Source: Planctomycetota bacterium
Lineage (GTDB): Bacteria; Planctomycetota; SZUA-567; H5-PLA8
NCBI GenBank assembly: GCA_045863855.1
Contig: BTVV01000020.1
Location: forward strand, 1 to 64,000
Length of the DNA stretch: 64,000 nucleotides
Direction: 5' to 3'
In this document: positions 53,341-64,000 of the stretch, in pieces
Position numbering within the stretch: position 1 is the stretch's first letter
How the letters are laid out: every line of letters begins with the position of its first letter
The notes under the pieces: generated by a model
Database searches by the model: none
Told to the model about the DNA's origin: nothing
What the model saw: only the letters and a program-made list of their open reading frames with translations
Made by a program: the position numbers and the translations under genes

Positions 53341-54762
53341 ATGCTCCAATCCCGAATGGATGTGCGCGCCGTGGTCGGCAAGCTGGAGTTCCGCTCCGGA
53401 CGATCGCTGGCGCTCTTCGTCGCCTGCTCCGCCGCCGCTTGGGCGCTCGCCTTTCTTCCCGCGCACGAAGGCTTGTCCGAAGCCGGGCGCCGCGCGCTCT
53501 TCACGCTGCTCTGGGCCGCCGGGCTCTGGGTCACCGAAGCGATCCCCGCTTACGCCACCGCGCTGGGTGTCATTGCCGTCGAGATCGCGCTGCTGGGCCG
53601 CCCGCACGGTTCGTTCGCCAAGCATCCGCACGACTGGGAAATCTTCGTCGCCCCGTGGGCCAGCCCGCTGATCTGGCTCTTCTTCGGCGGCTTCGTCCTC
53701 GCCGCCGCCGCCGCCAAAAGCGGCCTCGACAAATGGTTCTGCGCCGCCGTCCTCGGACGCTTCGGCACGCGCCCCGCCATGATCCTGCTCGGCGCGATGG
53801 GCCTCACCTTTTGTTTCAGCATGTTCGTCAGCAACACCGCCACCGCCGCGATGATGCTCGCCGTCATGGCCCCGATCGTCTCGCGCAGCGAAGGCGACGA
53901 TCCCTTCGGCAAAGCCATGCTGCTGGCCATTCCCTTCGCCGCCAGCCTCGGCGGCATGGGCACTTTGATCGGCACGCCGCCCAACGCCATTGCCGCCGGC
54001 GCATTGAAAGGGCCGCACGAGATCTCGTTCCTCGCCTGGATGCTCCTCGCCCTCCCCCCGGCCCTCTTAGCCAACCTGCTCGTTTGGTTCTTTCTCTGCT
54101 GGCGCTACCCCAGCCGCAAGACCCGCATCGACTTGAATGAAATGATCGCCAGCGCCGCCGAAGCCCCGCAAATGGAACGCTGGCGCAAACTCCTGGTGCT
54201 GATCGTATTCGCCGCCACCGTCGGGCTCTGGATGACCGGCCCCTGGCACGGACTGCCCACGGCGGTGATCGCCTTCCTGCCCCTCAGTGTCCTGACGATG
54301 ACCGGCGTCCTGCGCGCCGAGGACATCCGCGCGCTGCCGTGGGAGGTGCTTCTGATGCTCGCCGGCGGACTCGCCTTGGGCGTCGGCGTCGCCGAAACCG
54401 GACTCGCCCCGTGGATCGTCAAGCACCTGCCCCAAGACAGCCTCGGGCCGGTCGCGCTGACTTTCGTGCTTTGCTACCTGACGGCGGCGTTGAGCAACTT
54501 CATGAGCAACACCGCTGCCGCGAACATCCTGGTGCCCATCGGCGTGGCGCTCGCGCCGGAGAACCCCGGGCCGTACGTCGTGCCCATCGCGCTGGCCGCC
54601 AGTTGCGCGCTCTGCCTGCCCATCAGCACCCCGCCCAACGCGCTGGCGTACGCCTCAGGGCGCCTCAACGCGCGCGACTTCCTGGCCGGCGGCCTGCTCG
54701 TGGGCGCCCTCGCCCCCGCCGTCTGCGTGCTTTGGTCGATCCTTGCCTACCGCTGGCTGTAA
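53341..54762 (+). CDS. DASS/SLC13 family anion:sodium symporter
   Basis: SMFVSNTAT, GTPPN, SNFMSNTA, STPPNA. Confidence 0.93.
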   Translation: MLQSRMDVRAVVGKLEFRSGRSLALFVACSAAAWALAFLPAHEGLSEAGRRALFTLLWAAGLWVTEAIPAYATALGVIAVEIALLGRPHGSFAKHPHDWEIFVAPWASPLIWLFFGGFVLAAAAAKSGLDKWFCAAVLGRFGTRPAMILLGAMGLTFCFSMFVSNTATAAMMLAVMAPIVSRSEGDDPFGKAMLLAIPFAASLGGMGTLIGTPPNAIAAGALKGPHEISFLAWMLLALPPALLANLLVWFFLCWRYPSRKTRIDLNEMIASAAEAPQMERWRKLLVLIVFAATVGLWMTGPWHGLPTAVIAFLPLSVLTMTGVLRAEDIRALPWEVLLMLAGGLALGVGVAETGLAPWIVKHLPQDSLGPVALTFVLCYLTAALSNFMSNTAAANILVPIGVALAPENPGPYVVPIALAASCALCLPISTPPNALAYASGRLNARDFLAGGLLVGALAPAVCVLWSILAYRWL

Positions 54763-54763
54763 T

Positions 54764-54791
54764 AAAAACAGCGGCGGGAGTTCCGCCGCTG
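54764..54791 (-). terminator. Intrinsic terminator after doxX
   Basis: CAGCGGCGG/CCGCCGCTG stem with TTTTT on minus strand. Confidence 0.75.
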
Positions 54792-54820
54792 CTGTGTTCG
54801 AAGGTACAAAGCTTGAATGA

Positions 54821-55369
54821 CTATGCGTGCGCCATGCCCACGGCCTGCTGCGGCGTGGCGGACGGCTTGGCCGAAGTCCCGGCTTCCGCTTCCGCCGGCG
54901 CATTCAAACCCAGCCACCCCGCGATCAGCCGGTCCAGGCTCAGCGACCCCGGCCCGCTGAAGAGCAGCCACAATAGCATCAGCAGATACGCCGCCGCCGA
55001 GATATCCAGCAGCGACCCCGGAGCTACGAGTCCTTCAATAAACTCGCTGCGGTGAGCGGTAGCGATCGCCACCACCATGGTGCTGCTGAGCATAAACGCG
55101 AAAAAACGCGTGGCCAATCCCAGCACCAGCGCAATACCGCCCACCAGTTCCAGCGTAGCGACGAAGCGCGCCTGAAACGCCGGCGCCGGTATGCCCAGGT
55201 TTTCGAAGAAGCCTTCGGTGCGCTCTATGTTCGACCACTTCCCGTTGCCGGCCTGATAAAAGCCATGCCCGACCACCACCCGCGTTAATAGTGCCGCCAC
55301 CAGCACCAGCGCGCCCAGCAGTTTGATACCCTTCCGAGCCATCCGTTTAACTGCATGTTCCTCGTTCAT
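54821..55369 (-). CDS. DoxX family membrane protein
   Basis: RVVVG..F..G.GK, F..LGIP, ELVGG..LVLGLATR, GPGSLSLD. Confidence 0.92.
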   Translation of the reverse strand: MNEEHAVKRMARKGIKLLGALVLVAALLTRVVVGHGFYQAGNGKWSNIERTEGFFENLGIPAPAFQARFVATLELVGGIALVLGLATRFFAFMLSSTMVVAIATAHRSEFIEGLVAPGSLLDISAAAYLLMLLWLLFSGPGSLSLDRLIAGWLGLNAPAEAEAGTSAKPSATPQQAVGMAHA

Positions 55370-55462
55370 GACCGCCGCTCCTGTTCGATTCGTTCGCGCG
55401 CTGCTTGGCGCGCTTGGGCATGTGAGCTAATGGCCAAGCCACGCTTGATTATTCCCGCGCCG

Positions 55463-55496
55463 AAATGAAAACGGCCGGCCCCAAGGGCCGGCCGTT
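55463..55496 (-). terminator. Intrinsic terminator after Cys-repeat peptide gene
   Basis: AACGGCCGGCCC/GGGCCGGCCGTT stem followed by T-rich tail. Confidence 0.8.
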
Positions 55497-55516
55497 CGAA
55501 CTTCATGCTGGCTTGA

Positions 55517-55786
55517 TTACTCGGTCTTCGGGGCTTCGCCGGTCTTCGCCGCGCAAGCCGTCTTGTCGCCGGTCTTGGCCGCACAAGCCGTCTTGTCGCC
55601 CGTCTTCTCGCCGCAGCCTTCCTTGCCGCCGCAAGCCGTCTTGTCACCCGTCTTGGCGCCGGCAGCCGGAGCAGCCGTCTTATCGGTCTTCGCATCCGTC
55701 TTGGCCGCACCGCCGCAACCCGAGAGCAGACCCGTCACCGCCATCGCCAACAGTACCTTGGCCTTCTTTCCGCGAACCGTCTCCAT
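55517..55786 (-). CDS. 89-aa lipoprotein with KTGDKTAC repeats; candidate RiPP or metal-binding precursor
   Basis: GGAGGAG RBS, lipobox LSGC, three KTGDKTAC repeats, CGGKEGCG. Confidence 0.8.
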   Translation of the reverse strand: METVRGKKAKVLLAMAVTGLLSGCGGAAKTDAKTDKTAAPAAGAKTGDKTACGGKEGCGEKTGDKTACAAKTGDKTACAAKTGEAPKTE

Positions 55787-55868
55787 CGCCTGTCTCCTCC
55801 TGGAAGCCACCTGGGCTCCGTCCCTGTAAAATTCGCGCCCCTCGCGGGTATCGCGCATCCCTCGCCCG

Positions 55869-55894
55869 GACGGCCCTTGGCCGAACCCGGTCAC
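55869..55894 (-). promoter_or_regulatory. Candidate ECF-sigma promoter GTGACC-N16-CGTC
   Basis: Resembles GTAAC-N16-CG type ECF promoters; upstream of the peptide gene. Confidence 0.4.
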
Positions 55895-55941
55895 GCCGCC
55901 CGGCACAGCAGATCTGCACCGCCGGGGCGCCTGTTCCGCAA

Positions 55942-58137
55942 TCATTTGCTCGTGGCGACGTAGACTCCATTCCAACCTGAAAGGGGCGGCGCGTCAAGCA
56001 ACCTCACGCACCTTGCGGCCATGGTCCGGCTGGGCAGGTCGCCCGGCTGAGCCTCCCAAAGCGCCCGAGCCGCCGCAAAATCCCCTTTCACATAGGCCTC
56101 AAAGGCCCGGTCGTATGCCCGCGCCGCCTCCAAACGAACCGCCGGAACCGTCCCCGCCGCGCCCAAAAGCTCGTAGACGCACAACGCCTGCGTCCGCCCT
56201 TTGACGGCCACCCGGTCGATCAGCCGGAATTCGAACGCCTTCCCCGCCGCTTCGCGGATGGACGCGCTGGCCAGGATCGTCGTGCCGTACGTCTTGTTCA
56301 ACCCTTCCAGCCGTGAAGCCAGGTTCACGCCGTCGCCCAGCGCCGTGTAGTTCATCCGCTCGGGCGAACCGAAATGCCCGACCATCACCGGCCCGACATG
56401 CAGGCCCAGCCGCGTCTCCCAGGCGGGACCGCCGCGCCAAGCCTCCGAAGCGTACAGCGCTTGCGTGCGCGCCAGCGCATCCAGAGCCGCCGCGCACGCC
56501 GCCGCCGCGTGATCCGCCACCGCCTCCGGCGCGTTCCACAACGCCATCACGGCGTCGCCGATGAATTTATCCACCGCGCCGCGTTGGGCATGCACCGCCG
56601 CCGTCATCGTCTCGAGGTACAGGCCCAGATACCGCGCCAGTTCGTCCGGCGCGAGCCGCTCCGAACACTGCGTGAAGTCTTTGATATCCGTAAAGAGGAT
56701 GCTCAATTCGCGCAGCTCGCCGCCCAGTTCGGGCTCGCGCCCGCTGCGGTAAAGCTGCCGGACCAGCCCCACCGGAACGTAACGGCTCATCGCCCGCGCC
56801 GCCGTCTTCGCCAGCTCCAGCCCGTCGAGCACCGTGCCGACTTCGCGCAGCGCCACCTCGCGCGCGCGAGGCTCGAAAGAAAAATCGCGCATCCGCGCAG
56901 TCTCGTCCACCACTTCGACGAGATCGCACCGCACTTTCCGCAGCGTCCAGCCGCCGCCGATCAGGATCGCCGCCATCACCAGCGCCGCCGCCCACGTCAG
57001 CCTGCGCTGCATCTCGAGCAAACCGCCCAGGTAATGCGCTTCCGGCGCGACGATCCCTACCGCGCCGTCGGCGAGCCCGCCGCGAATTTCGCCGCCTTCG
57101 CCCAATCTGCGGAACGTCATCAAATAGCGTGTGCCCTCCAGCTCGAAGGCGCCCGAATAGCGCGGCGCGGCGTCCGAAAGCATCCGCCACGGCTCCTCCG
57201 CCAGCGCGGCACGCACCTCTGCCGGAGCCGCGGACGGATCGACGCGCAGGTCCGTCGCGGTCTCGATCAGGCGGCTCTCTTCGCCGAGCCCCGTAAGCAG
57301 ACCGCCGTACCCGTTCACCAAAAAGACCCGGTGCGGATCGGCCGCACCTTCCGCCAGCCGGACCTGCGTGATGCGGTCGAGTTCCTCCGTCGCGAAGCCC
57401 GCGCGCAGCACGCCCAGAAATTTTCCTTCGGCATCCACCAGCGCCTGCTGCACCGTCAGCACCACGCGCTGCCGCTCGAGCGGCAGCCGCGCGTCCAGAG
57501 CCGATCGATGCAGCTCGCTCCACGCCGCGGCGCCGAACGCACCGGCTCCCACTACGCCCTGGAATGTCGGATGCAGGACGGGGTTCTCGGTCGTGCCGGC
57601 TTCGGCGCTCCACGCCACACCGTCCAGCTTAGCGCCGGGCTCGCGCAGGCGTACCTGAGACGCGAAGCCGCCGCCCGGTACCGACAGCACTCGCCGCGTC
57701 ACGATCCGCTCGCCGTCGGCTTCCGGCGCCGCGCGGAATACCGAGACTTGCGCCCCGGTAGCGGCATCGGCCTGCCAGGCGCCGCCGGCATCCCGCCGGG
57801 CTTCGGCCGTCGTCAGCGTCAGTTCGATCAAACCGGGTTGAGCGGCCAGTTGCGCGAAGAAGTCGCGTTCGAGGTCCGCGGCATCCCGCGGCTGCACCGC
57901 GCCGCGTTGCACGCGCGCCTCGAAGGCCGCCACCGCCTCGGCCGCCTGGCCCAAATGCTCGCGCACGCGCGCGCCCAACTGCCGCGCCGCGTCGTCGCGC
58001 ATCCGCTCCGAAACTTCCATCAGCGCCGCGCGTGAACTTTGCAGGATCAAAGCGAAGAGCAAACCCAGCAGCAGCGCCAGACCGCTCACACTGGCCAAGA
58101 ACAGATGACCCAAGCTGGGCCGCCAGCGATCCCGCAC
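55942..58137 (-). CDS. Class III adenylate/guanylate cyclase with Cache-like sensor
   Basis: Two TMs flanking an extracytoplasmic domain; FTDIKDFT, DKFIGDA, YTALGDGVNLASRLEG. Confidence 0.92.
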   Translation of the reverse strand: MRDRWRPSLGHLFLASVSGLALLLGLLFALILQSSRAALMEVSERMRDDAARQLGARVREHLGQAAEAVAAFEARVQRGAVQPRDAADLERDFFAQLAAQPGLIELTLTTAEARRDAGGAWQADAATGAQVSVFRAAPEADGERIVTRRVLSVPGGGFASQVRLREPGAKLDGVAWSAEAGTTENPVLHPTFQGVVGAGAFGAAAWSELHRSALDARLPLERQRVVLTVQQALVDAEGKFLGVLRAGFATEELDRITQVRLAEGAADPHRVFLVNGYGGLLTGLGEESRLIETATDLRVDPSAAPAEVRAALAEEPWRMLSDAAPRYSGAFELEGTRYLMTFRRLGEGGEIRGGLADGAVGIVAPEAHYLGGLLEMQRRLTWAAALVMAAILIGGGWTLRKVRCDLVEVVDETARMRDFSFEPRAREVALREVGTVLDGLELAKTAARAMSRYVPVGLVRQLYRSGREPELGGELRELSILFTDIKDFTQCSERLAPDELARYLGLYLETMTAAVHAQRGAVDKFIGDAVMALWNAPEAVADHAAAACAAALDALARTQALYASEAWRGGPAWETRLGLHVGPVMVGHFGSPERMNYTALGDGVNLASRLEGLNKTYGTTILASASIREAAGKAFEFRLIDRVAVKGRTQALCVYELLGAAGTVPAVRLEAARAYDRAFEAYVKGDFAAARALWEAQPGDLPSRTMAARCVRLLDAPPLSGWNGVYVATSK

Positions 58138-58203
58138 GCGCTCGAACCTCCAATCGTCCGAGCTGGAATGTGAAGAACGCCTCGGGCGATTCCAATAACC
58201 GGG

Positions 58204-59334
58204 CTACGGTGCGGCGGCGGCCGTCGGCCGGCCCAACTCCAGTTCCAGGTCGGTCGAGACCAGAACGCCCGTCCAGGGCGCTGCGGGCAGGTTCTCCAAC
58301 CCCTTGCCCTCATGATCATTACGATAAAACGCTTCGATTAGATACGTCCCTTCCAGTTCCTTCAGAATACCGTGATCGCGTACGTCGAAGTGAAGCTCTT
58401 TGCTCAGCGTGCCCGAAGCGGCCACTACCGCGAAATCCGTAGCGTCCACCACCGCCAGCACTGCCGGATCCATCTCCTGCGTCAGGTTCTTTTCCTTCAC
58501 GCGCAGCACCACTGCGTCTTCCCGTGCCGCGCCTTTTTTGCGGATCAGCACCCCGAATCCGCTGATCAGGCCGTCGTATACCGCTTGCGGATAGCCGCGC
58601 CCGTTCTCGAACCGCACCGTGATGTCGAAGGTGTTGTCGTTGCGGATCGAACGCCGCGCGCGCACCGCCGTGAGGCTCAGGCCGCGGTCAATCTTGCCCG
58701 GTTCGACTTTCTGAAGCTCGATTTCCGCCTTTTTCACCGTCGCCTTGCGCGCCATTTGCTCGTCCCAAGGGCGCAAGTACGCTCGCCGCTCGGCCGAACG
58801 GCTGCGATTCAATTCCAGTTTAACTTCCGCCGCGTATTGGATGTCGTAGACGTTCTGCGGATGCTCGATCCGGTAGCGCAGAGGCACCGCGTCAGTGCCC
58901 TTTTGGCGGTTCCACAAAAAGAAGACGCCCTGCGTACCCTTTGCCGGAAGCGCGCGCTGCTCCGCGGCAATCACCGCCACCGGCGGCAGCGGGTCGGTTT
59001 CGATCTGCGTCGTGCCGTGCAGAGCTTTCGTCTTGGGATCGCCTTCCTTCGGGCGCGGGCGTTCGGCCTCGCTGCGCAGAATCGCCTGCGCGCGCCAATC
59101 CCGCGTCACTTCGTCCGGCGGCGCTTTCAGTACGTCCAGCACCTTTAAGTGCACGCCCGCGAGGTCGGCATCGCCCAGCTCCGCGACGAAGATCGTCTCG
59201 GCCTTGGCCAGCAGCTCGGAAAAGGTCAGGATCTCGTCGGCCGCCGGACCGCTTTCGGCGGCACGCAGCGAAAGACACAGCGCCAGCACTCCAAACGCCG
59301 CGAGCGTTCGGACGCTACCAGGACTCGCAATCAT
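58204..59334 (-). CDS. Secreted hypothetical protein
   Basis: Signal peptide, host-like codon bias, no recognised family. Confidence 0.7.
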   Translation of the reverse strand: MIASPGSVRTLAAFGVLALCLSLRAAESGPAADEILTFSELLAKAETIFVAELGDADLAGVHLKVLDVLKAPPDEVTRDWRAQAILRSEAERPRPKEGDPKTKALHGTTQIETDPLPPVAVIAAEQRALPAKGTQGVFFLWNRQKGTDAVPLRYRIEHPQNVYDIQYAAEVKLELNRSRSAERRAYLRPWDEQMARKATVKKAEIELQKVEPGKIDRGLSLTAVRARRSIRNDNTFDITVRFENGRGYPQAVYDGLISGFGVLIRKKGAAREDAVVLRVKEKNLTQEMDPAVLAVVDATDFAVVAASGTLSKELHFDVRDHGILKELEGTYLIEAFYRNDHEGKGLENLPAAPWTGVLVSTDLELELGRPTAAAAP

Positions 59335-59366
59335 CGACCGCTTACCCCCAACCGGCCGCCGGGACT

Positions 59367-59567
59367 CTACTTTAGCGTGACCTTGACGGCGCCCTTGGCG
59401 CCTTCCGAAAAGGCAAGCTTTCCTTCGCGAGCCAGCCAACCCAGCGCGCGGTCCACTTCGGTGGTCTTCAACTTCAAGGCCTTCCCGATCGCCGCCGGTG
59501 ACTGACCGCCCTTTTCGTTCAATACCTGCCACACCTGACCGGCATGCTGGCCGATGATCTCTTCCAT
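59367..59567 (-). CDS. Small winged-helix protein (DUF2582-like)
   Basis: IGQHAGQVWQVL..ALGWLAREGK; AAGGAG RBS. Confidence 0.88.
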   Translation of the reverse strand: MEEIIGQHAGQVWQVLNEKGGQSPAAIGKALKLKTTEVDRALGWLAREGKLAFSEGAKGAVKVTLK

Positions 59568-59723
59568 CGCATGGCTCCTTCCGGTTTCAAAAGCATCCTG
59601 AAAGCACTTTTATACTAACGCACCTGCGCATCGAATCAACGCGGGCGAATTCCAGATTGATTTTTCTCCTTCGAATTGCACGCTGCGCACGAAGCGATGG
59701 GCGTTCACGCACTTCGAGCACGA

Positions 59724-60527
59724 TTAAAGCAGGCGCTCCAGGACGCGCGCATGCGTCCGCAACACGCCCGCCCATTCCGCGCCCAAGCGAGGGCTGTATT
59801 CGGAGGTCGCGAAAACCACGCCCAGCGCGCCGGCCAGGCGCGGTGAAGATGAGTGCGGATCGAAGACCGGCACCGAAACGCGCGCTCGAGCGATATCCGG
59901 ATGTGGCTGCGAGACCATTACCCAACCCAAGTCGCGCACCCGCGCGCAGCGTTCCGCCAAATCGCCCGGCGGCGCGCGGTTCAAACCAAGCCGGCGGCGT
60001 TGTTCCGCATCGGACGTCCGCGCAAGGTACTCCGGTACCCGCCGCTCGCCGTCGCACGCGAGGTACACCAAACCGTGCGCGACGAGATGGTTGAGCTGGA
60101 ACAAGAGCCCCGAGCGCGCCAGCACCTCCGCCGGTGTTCGCTCCGCCAGCCAGACGTCCATCATCATCAGTTCCCAGCGCCCCACCGCGACGCACAGCTC
60201 GCTCATCTGGTGTGTCGCTTGGGTGATCTCGCGCAAAATCGGCTTCACTTCGCGAACCAGCGGGACGGCCTCCCGCGCCAGATAACCTACCTCCAACGTG
60301 CGCCGGCCCAATCGGTACAAGCCGCTGCGTGGATCCTGTTCGACCAGCCGCCGAGCGCACAGCGGTTTGAGCAGTCGGTACAACGACGCTCGCGGAACGT
60401 GAAGCTGAGTCTGGAGTTGCGAAGCGCTGGCGCCTTTCCGGAAGCTCCCGGCCAGCAGATCCAACAGCGCCAGTCCGCGATCCAGCGCCGGTGCGGAACC
60501 CGATGCCGATTCGTTCGTGTGTCTCAT
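59724..60527 (-). CDS. IclR family transcriptional regulator
   Basis: APALDRGLALLDLL, PRASLYRLL, YRLG. Confidence 0.88.
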   Translation of the reverse strand: MRHTNESASGSAPALDRGLALLDLLAGSFRKGASASQLQTQLHVPRASLYRLLKPLCARRLVEQDPRSGLYRLGRRTLEVGYLAREAVPLVREVKPILREITQATHQMSELCVAVGRWELMMMDVWLAERTPAEVLARSGLLFQLNHLVAHGLVYLACDGERRVPEYLARTSDAEQRRRLGLNRAPPGDLAERCARVRDLGWVMVSQPHPDIARARVSVPVFDPHSSSPRLAGALGVVFATSEYSPRLGAEWAGVLRTHARVLERLL

Positions 60528-60565
60528 TAGTGAGACAGTATGCGCCCATCCGATGGCCGCGTCAA
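60520..60565 (-). promoter_or_regulatory. Sigma70 promoter TTGACG-N17-CATACT with palindromic operator TGTCTCA-N4-TGAGACA
   Basis: -35 at 60560-60565, -10 at 60537-60542; palindrome 60520-60537 covers the IclR start codon. Confidence 0.7.
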
Positions 60566-60624
60566 TGCCCGCAGGGTATCGATACGAAAGGGAAGCATAT
60601 CACAGGTAACCGGAGCCCGAAGAG

Positions 60625-61398
60625 ATGACCACCGCAGCCGCCACCCACGAACTGACCCGCGAAGAGATTCAGCGCTTCGAAAACGAAGGATACCTGGGGC
60701 CGTATACGGCTTTCGCACCCGAAGAGATGGAGGCGATGCGCCCGGAGATCGACCGCATACTGCAAGAGCCGCACCGCACCTGCGTCCATTTCAACGGCAA
60801 GCCCGTAGAAGGACACCAAGGCCGGCATCTCGACCGCCGCTTGATCTGGGAACTGTGCAGCCACCCCGCCATCGTCGAACGGATGGCCGGGATCAAAGGC
60901 CCCGATTTGGTGCTCTGGCGCAGCAACTTTTTCGTCAAGCAACCCGGAGACAAGGCGATTCCCTGGCACCAGGACCGCGCTTACTGGCCGATCGAGCCGG
61001 AGATCAACATCACCGCGTGGATGGCTATCGACGACGTGACCGTCGAGAATTCCTGCGTTCAGATCATCCCCGGCAGCCACAAGCTCCCTCTGGAACACGT
61101 GCCCACCGATCGGGAGATCAACACCTTCCACAAAGGCGCGAACGTGCAGGGCGTGGACCTGTCCAAGCGCGTGCACATGGTCCTGAAGCCGGGCCAGTTC
61201 TTCCTCTTCGACGAAACGACACTCCACCACTCCGAGCCCAACCGTAGCAACAAGCGCCGTTGCGGGCTGGCCGTCCGCGTCACCGTCCCGAAAGTAAAGG
61301 TGGATCACGCCGAGCTATACCACGGGCATAAGTGCGTGTTGCTGCGCGGCGAAGACCGCTACGGCCTCAACGAGATGGCTCAGCCGCCGCAGGACTAA
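60625..61398 (+). CDS. PhyH-family dioxygenase
   Basis: FENEGY, PWHQD, IPGSH, LHHSEPN.S..RR. Confidence 0.92.
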   Translation: MTTAAATHELTREEIQRFENEGYLGPYTAFAPEEMEAMRPEIDRILQEPHRTCVHFNGKPVEGHQGRHLDRRLIWELCSHPAIVERMAGIKGPDLVLWRSNFFVKQPGDKAIPWHQDRAYWPIEPEINITAWMAIDDVTVENSCVQIIPGSHKLPLEHVPTDREINTFHKGANVQGVDLSKRVHMVLKPGQFFLFDETTLHHSEPNRSNKRRCGLAVRVTVPKVKVDHAELYHGHKCVLLRGEDRYGLNEMAQPPQD

Positions 61399-61414
61399 AG
61401 CAGCCTGCATCGTG

Positions 61415-61446
61415 AAGCCGGAGGCGGTCGCGGCCGCCTCCGGCTT
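61415..61446 (+). terminator. Strong hairpin between tandem PhyH genes
   Basis: AAGCCGGAGGCGG/CCGCCTCCGGCTT 13-bp stem; weak U-tract. Confidence 0.6.
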
Positions 61447-61500
61447 AACGCTTCATAAAGTGTTCATCCAATCTTGCGTAAGCCCCGGCTGGATCCCGCC

Positions 61501-62325
61501 ATGCCCGCCGCCCTCTCCGATGCCGCGTTGCAAGTCTCGACCGAGCAAGCGGCCTTCTTTCATCGCGAGGGCTACCTGACCCTCGGCGCGCTGACCACCC
61601 CGGACGAACTGGCGTGGCTGCGCGAAGTCTACGACCGGCTCTTCCGCGAGCAGGTAGGGCGCAAGGAAGGCGCTCATCTCGATCTGGCGGGAACCGACGA
61701 GGACGGCCAGCAGGCGGCGCTCCCGCAGATCATGAACCCCGCGCGGTTCGTACCGGAATTGGAGCACACCCAGTACCGCAAGAATGCGCTGGCCGTAGCC
61801 CGGCAGCTCTTCGGGCCGTCCGCGCGCTACCGCGGCGAACACATGATCTACAAGCCGCCGCATCACGGCGCCGCGACGCCGTGGCATCAGGACCAGGCTT
61901 ACCACCATCCCGGCTTCGTATACCGCCAAGTAAACGTCTGGATGCCGCTGCAGGAAGCGACCGTCGAGAACGGCTGCATGCAGTACGTCCCGCGCAGCCA
62001 CGAGGGGTTCGGCGTCTTGCCGCACCATCATATCGGGCACGATCCGCGCATTCACGGCCTGGAAGTGGACGCGCCCGAACGCTGCTTCGAACGGGTCGTC
62101 GCGTGCCCCGTACCGGCCGGCGGCGCGGCGTTGCATCACAGCTACCTGCTGCACTACGCCGGTCCGAACCGCTCCCCGGTTCCGCGCCGCGCGTACATAT
62201 TGACCTTCGCGCTGGAACCCGAACCGCGCGCGGCGCCGCTGGAAATGCCGTGGCAGCAGGAATCGAAGACCGCGCGGCAACAGAGAGAGAAAGCCTTTCG
62301 CGAGCAGGCCGAAAGCAAAGCGTAA
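61501..62325 (+). CDS. PhyH-family dioxygenase
   Basis: FHREGY, TPWHQD, NGCM, PRSH, LHYAGPN.S..RR. Confidence 0.92.
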   Translation: MPAALSDAALQVSTEQAAFFHREGYLTLGALTTPDELAWLREVYDRLFREQVGRKEGAHLDLAGTDEDGQQAALPQIMNPARFVPELEHTQYRKNALAVARQLFGPSARYRGEHMIYKPPHHGAATPWHQDQAYHHPGFVYRQVNVWMPLQEATVENGCMQYVPRSHEGFGVLPHHHIGHDPRIHGLEVDAPERCFERVVACPVPAGGAALHHSYLLHYAGPNRSPVPRRAYILTFALEPEPRAAPLEMPWQQESKTARQQREKAFREQAESKA

Positions 62326-62377
62326 GCAGCGCGCGGCTGAAGCGCTCCGGCGGGTCCGCGCCGGTCCTCCAAGTAGA

Positions 62378-62405
62378 TTGACCCCCATTCGATATTAAAT
62401 AGATT
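62378..62405 (+). promoter_or_regulatory. Candidate katG promoter TTGACC-N16-TAGATT
   Basis: AT-rich intergenic segment with TAGATTGA direct repeat. Confidence 0.4.
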
Positions 62406-62522
62406 GAACTTACCGGCGGGAACGGGGCGGGCGTGGGTTGCGGCTTCGGCCCGCGGCCTCGCTTACGCCTCACTATCCGGCGGCTCGTAGACGTTAATTT
62501 TGCCGGTAACCGACTATTTTAA

Positions 62523-64000
<1,478 letters not shown>

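Noticed and set aside
55520..55710. 30-nt repeats as a possible CRISPR array
   Set aside because: No unique spacers; in-frame coding repeats with wobble variation; no cas genes

Overview
High-GC bacterial chromosome segment with about 50 CDS. Its gene content resembles Planctomycetota (Ser/Thr kinases, ECF sigma/FecR pair, sulfatase, several PhyH dioxygenases, secreted PKD/CBM9 proteins); this lineage call is inference only. Housekeeping anchors are a nusA-infB-DUF503-rbfA operon (14953-20154) and katG, truncated at the right edge. The rest is accessory: glycoside hydrolases, an ApbE/FMN-binding/4Fe-4S flavinylation cluster, an ECF transporter whose S-component appears fused to a large lipoprotein domain, Cache-sensor kinase and cyclase, and regulators with divergent PhyH genes. 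No rRNA, tRNA, CRISPR array, transposase or integrase was recognised. The best lead is a small Cys-repeat lipoprotein (KTGDKTAC repeats) next to DoxX, resembling an MNIO/bufferin-type precursor locus but lacking the DUF692 enzyme. Other leads are a lower-GC two-gene cassette between 13-bp inverted repeats, a pseudokinase-kinase tandem, and structured leaders before nusA and infB. All family calls are from motif recognition by eye; no searches were run.
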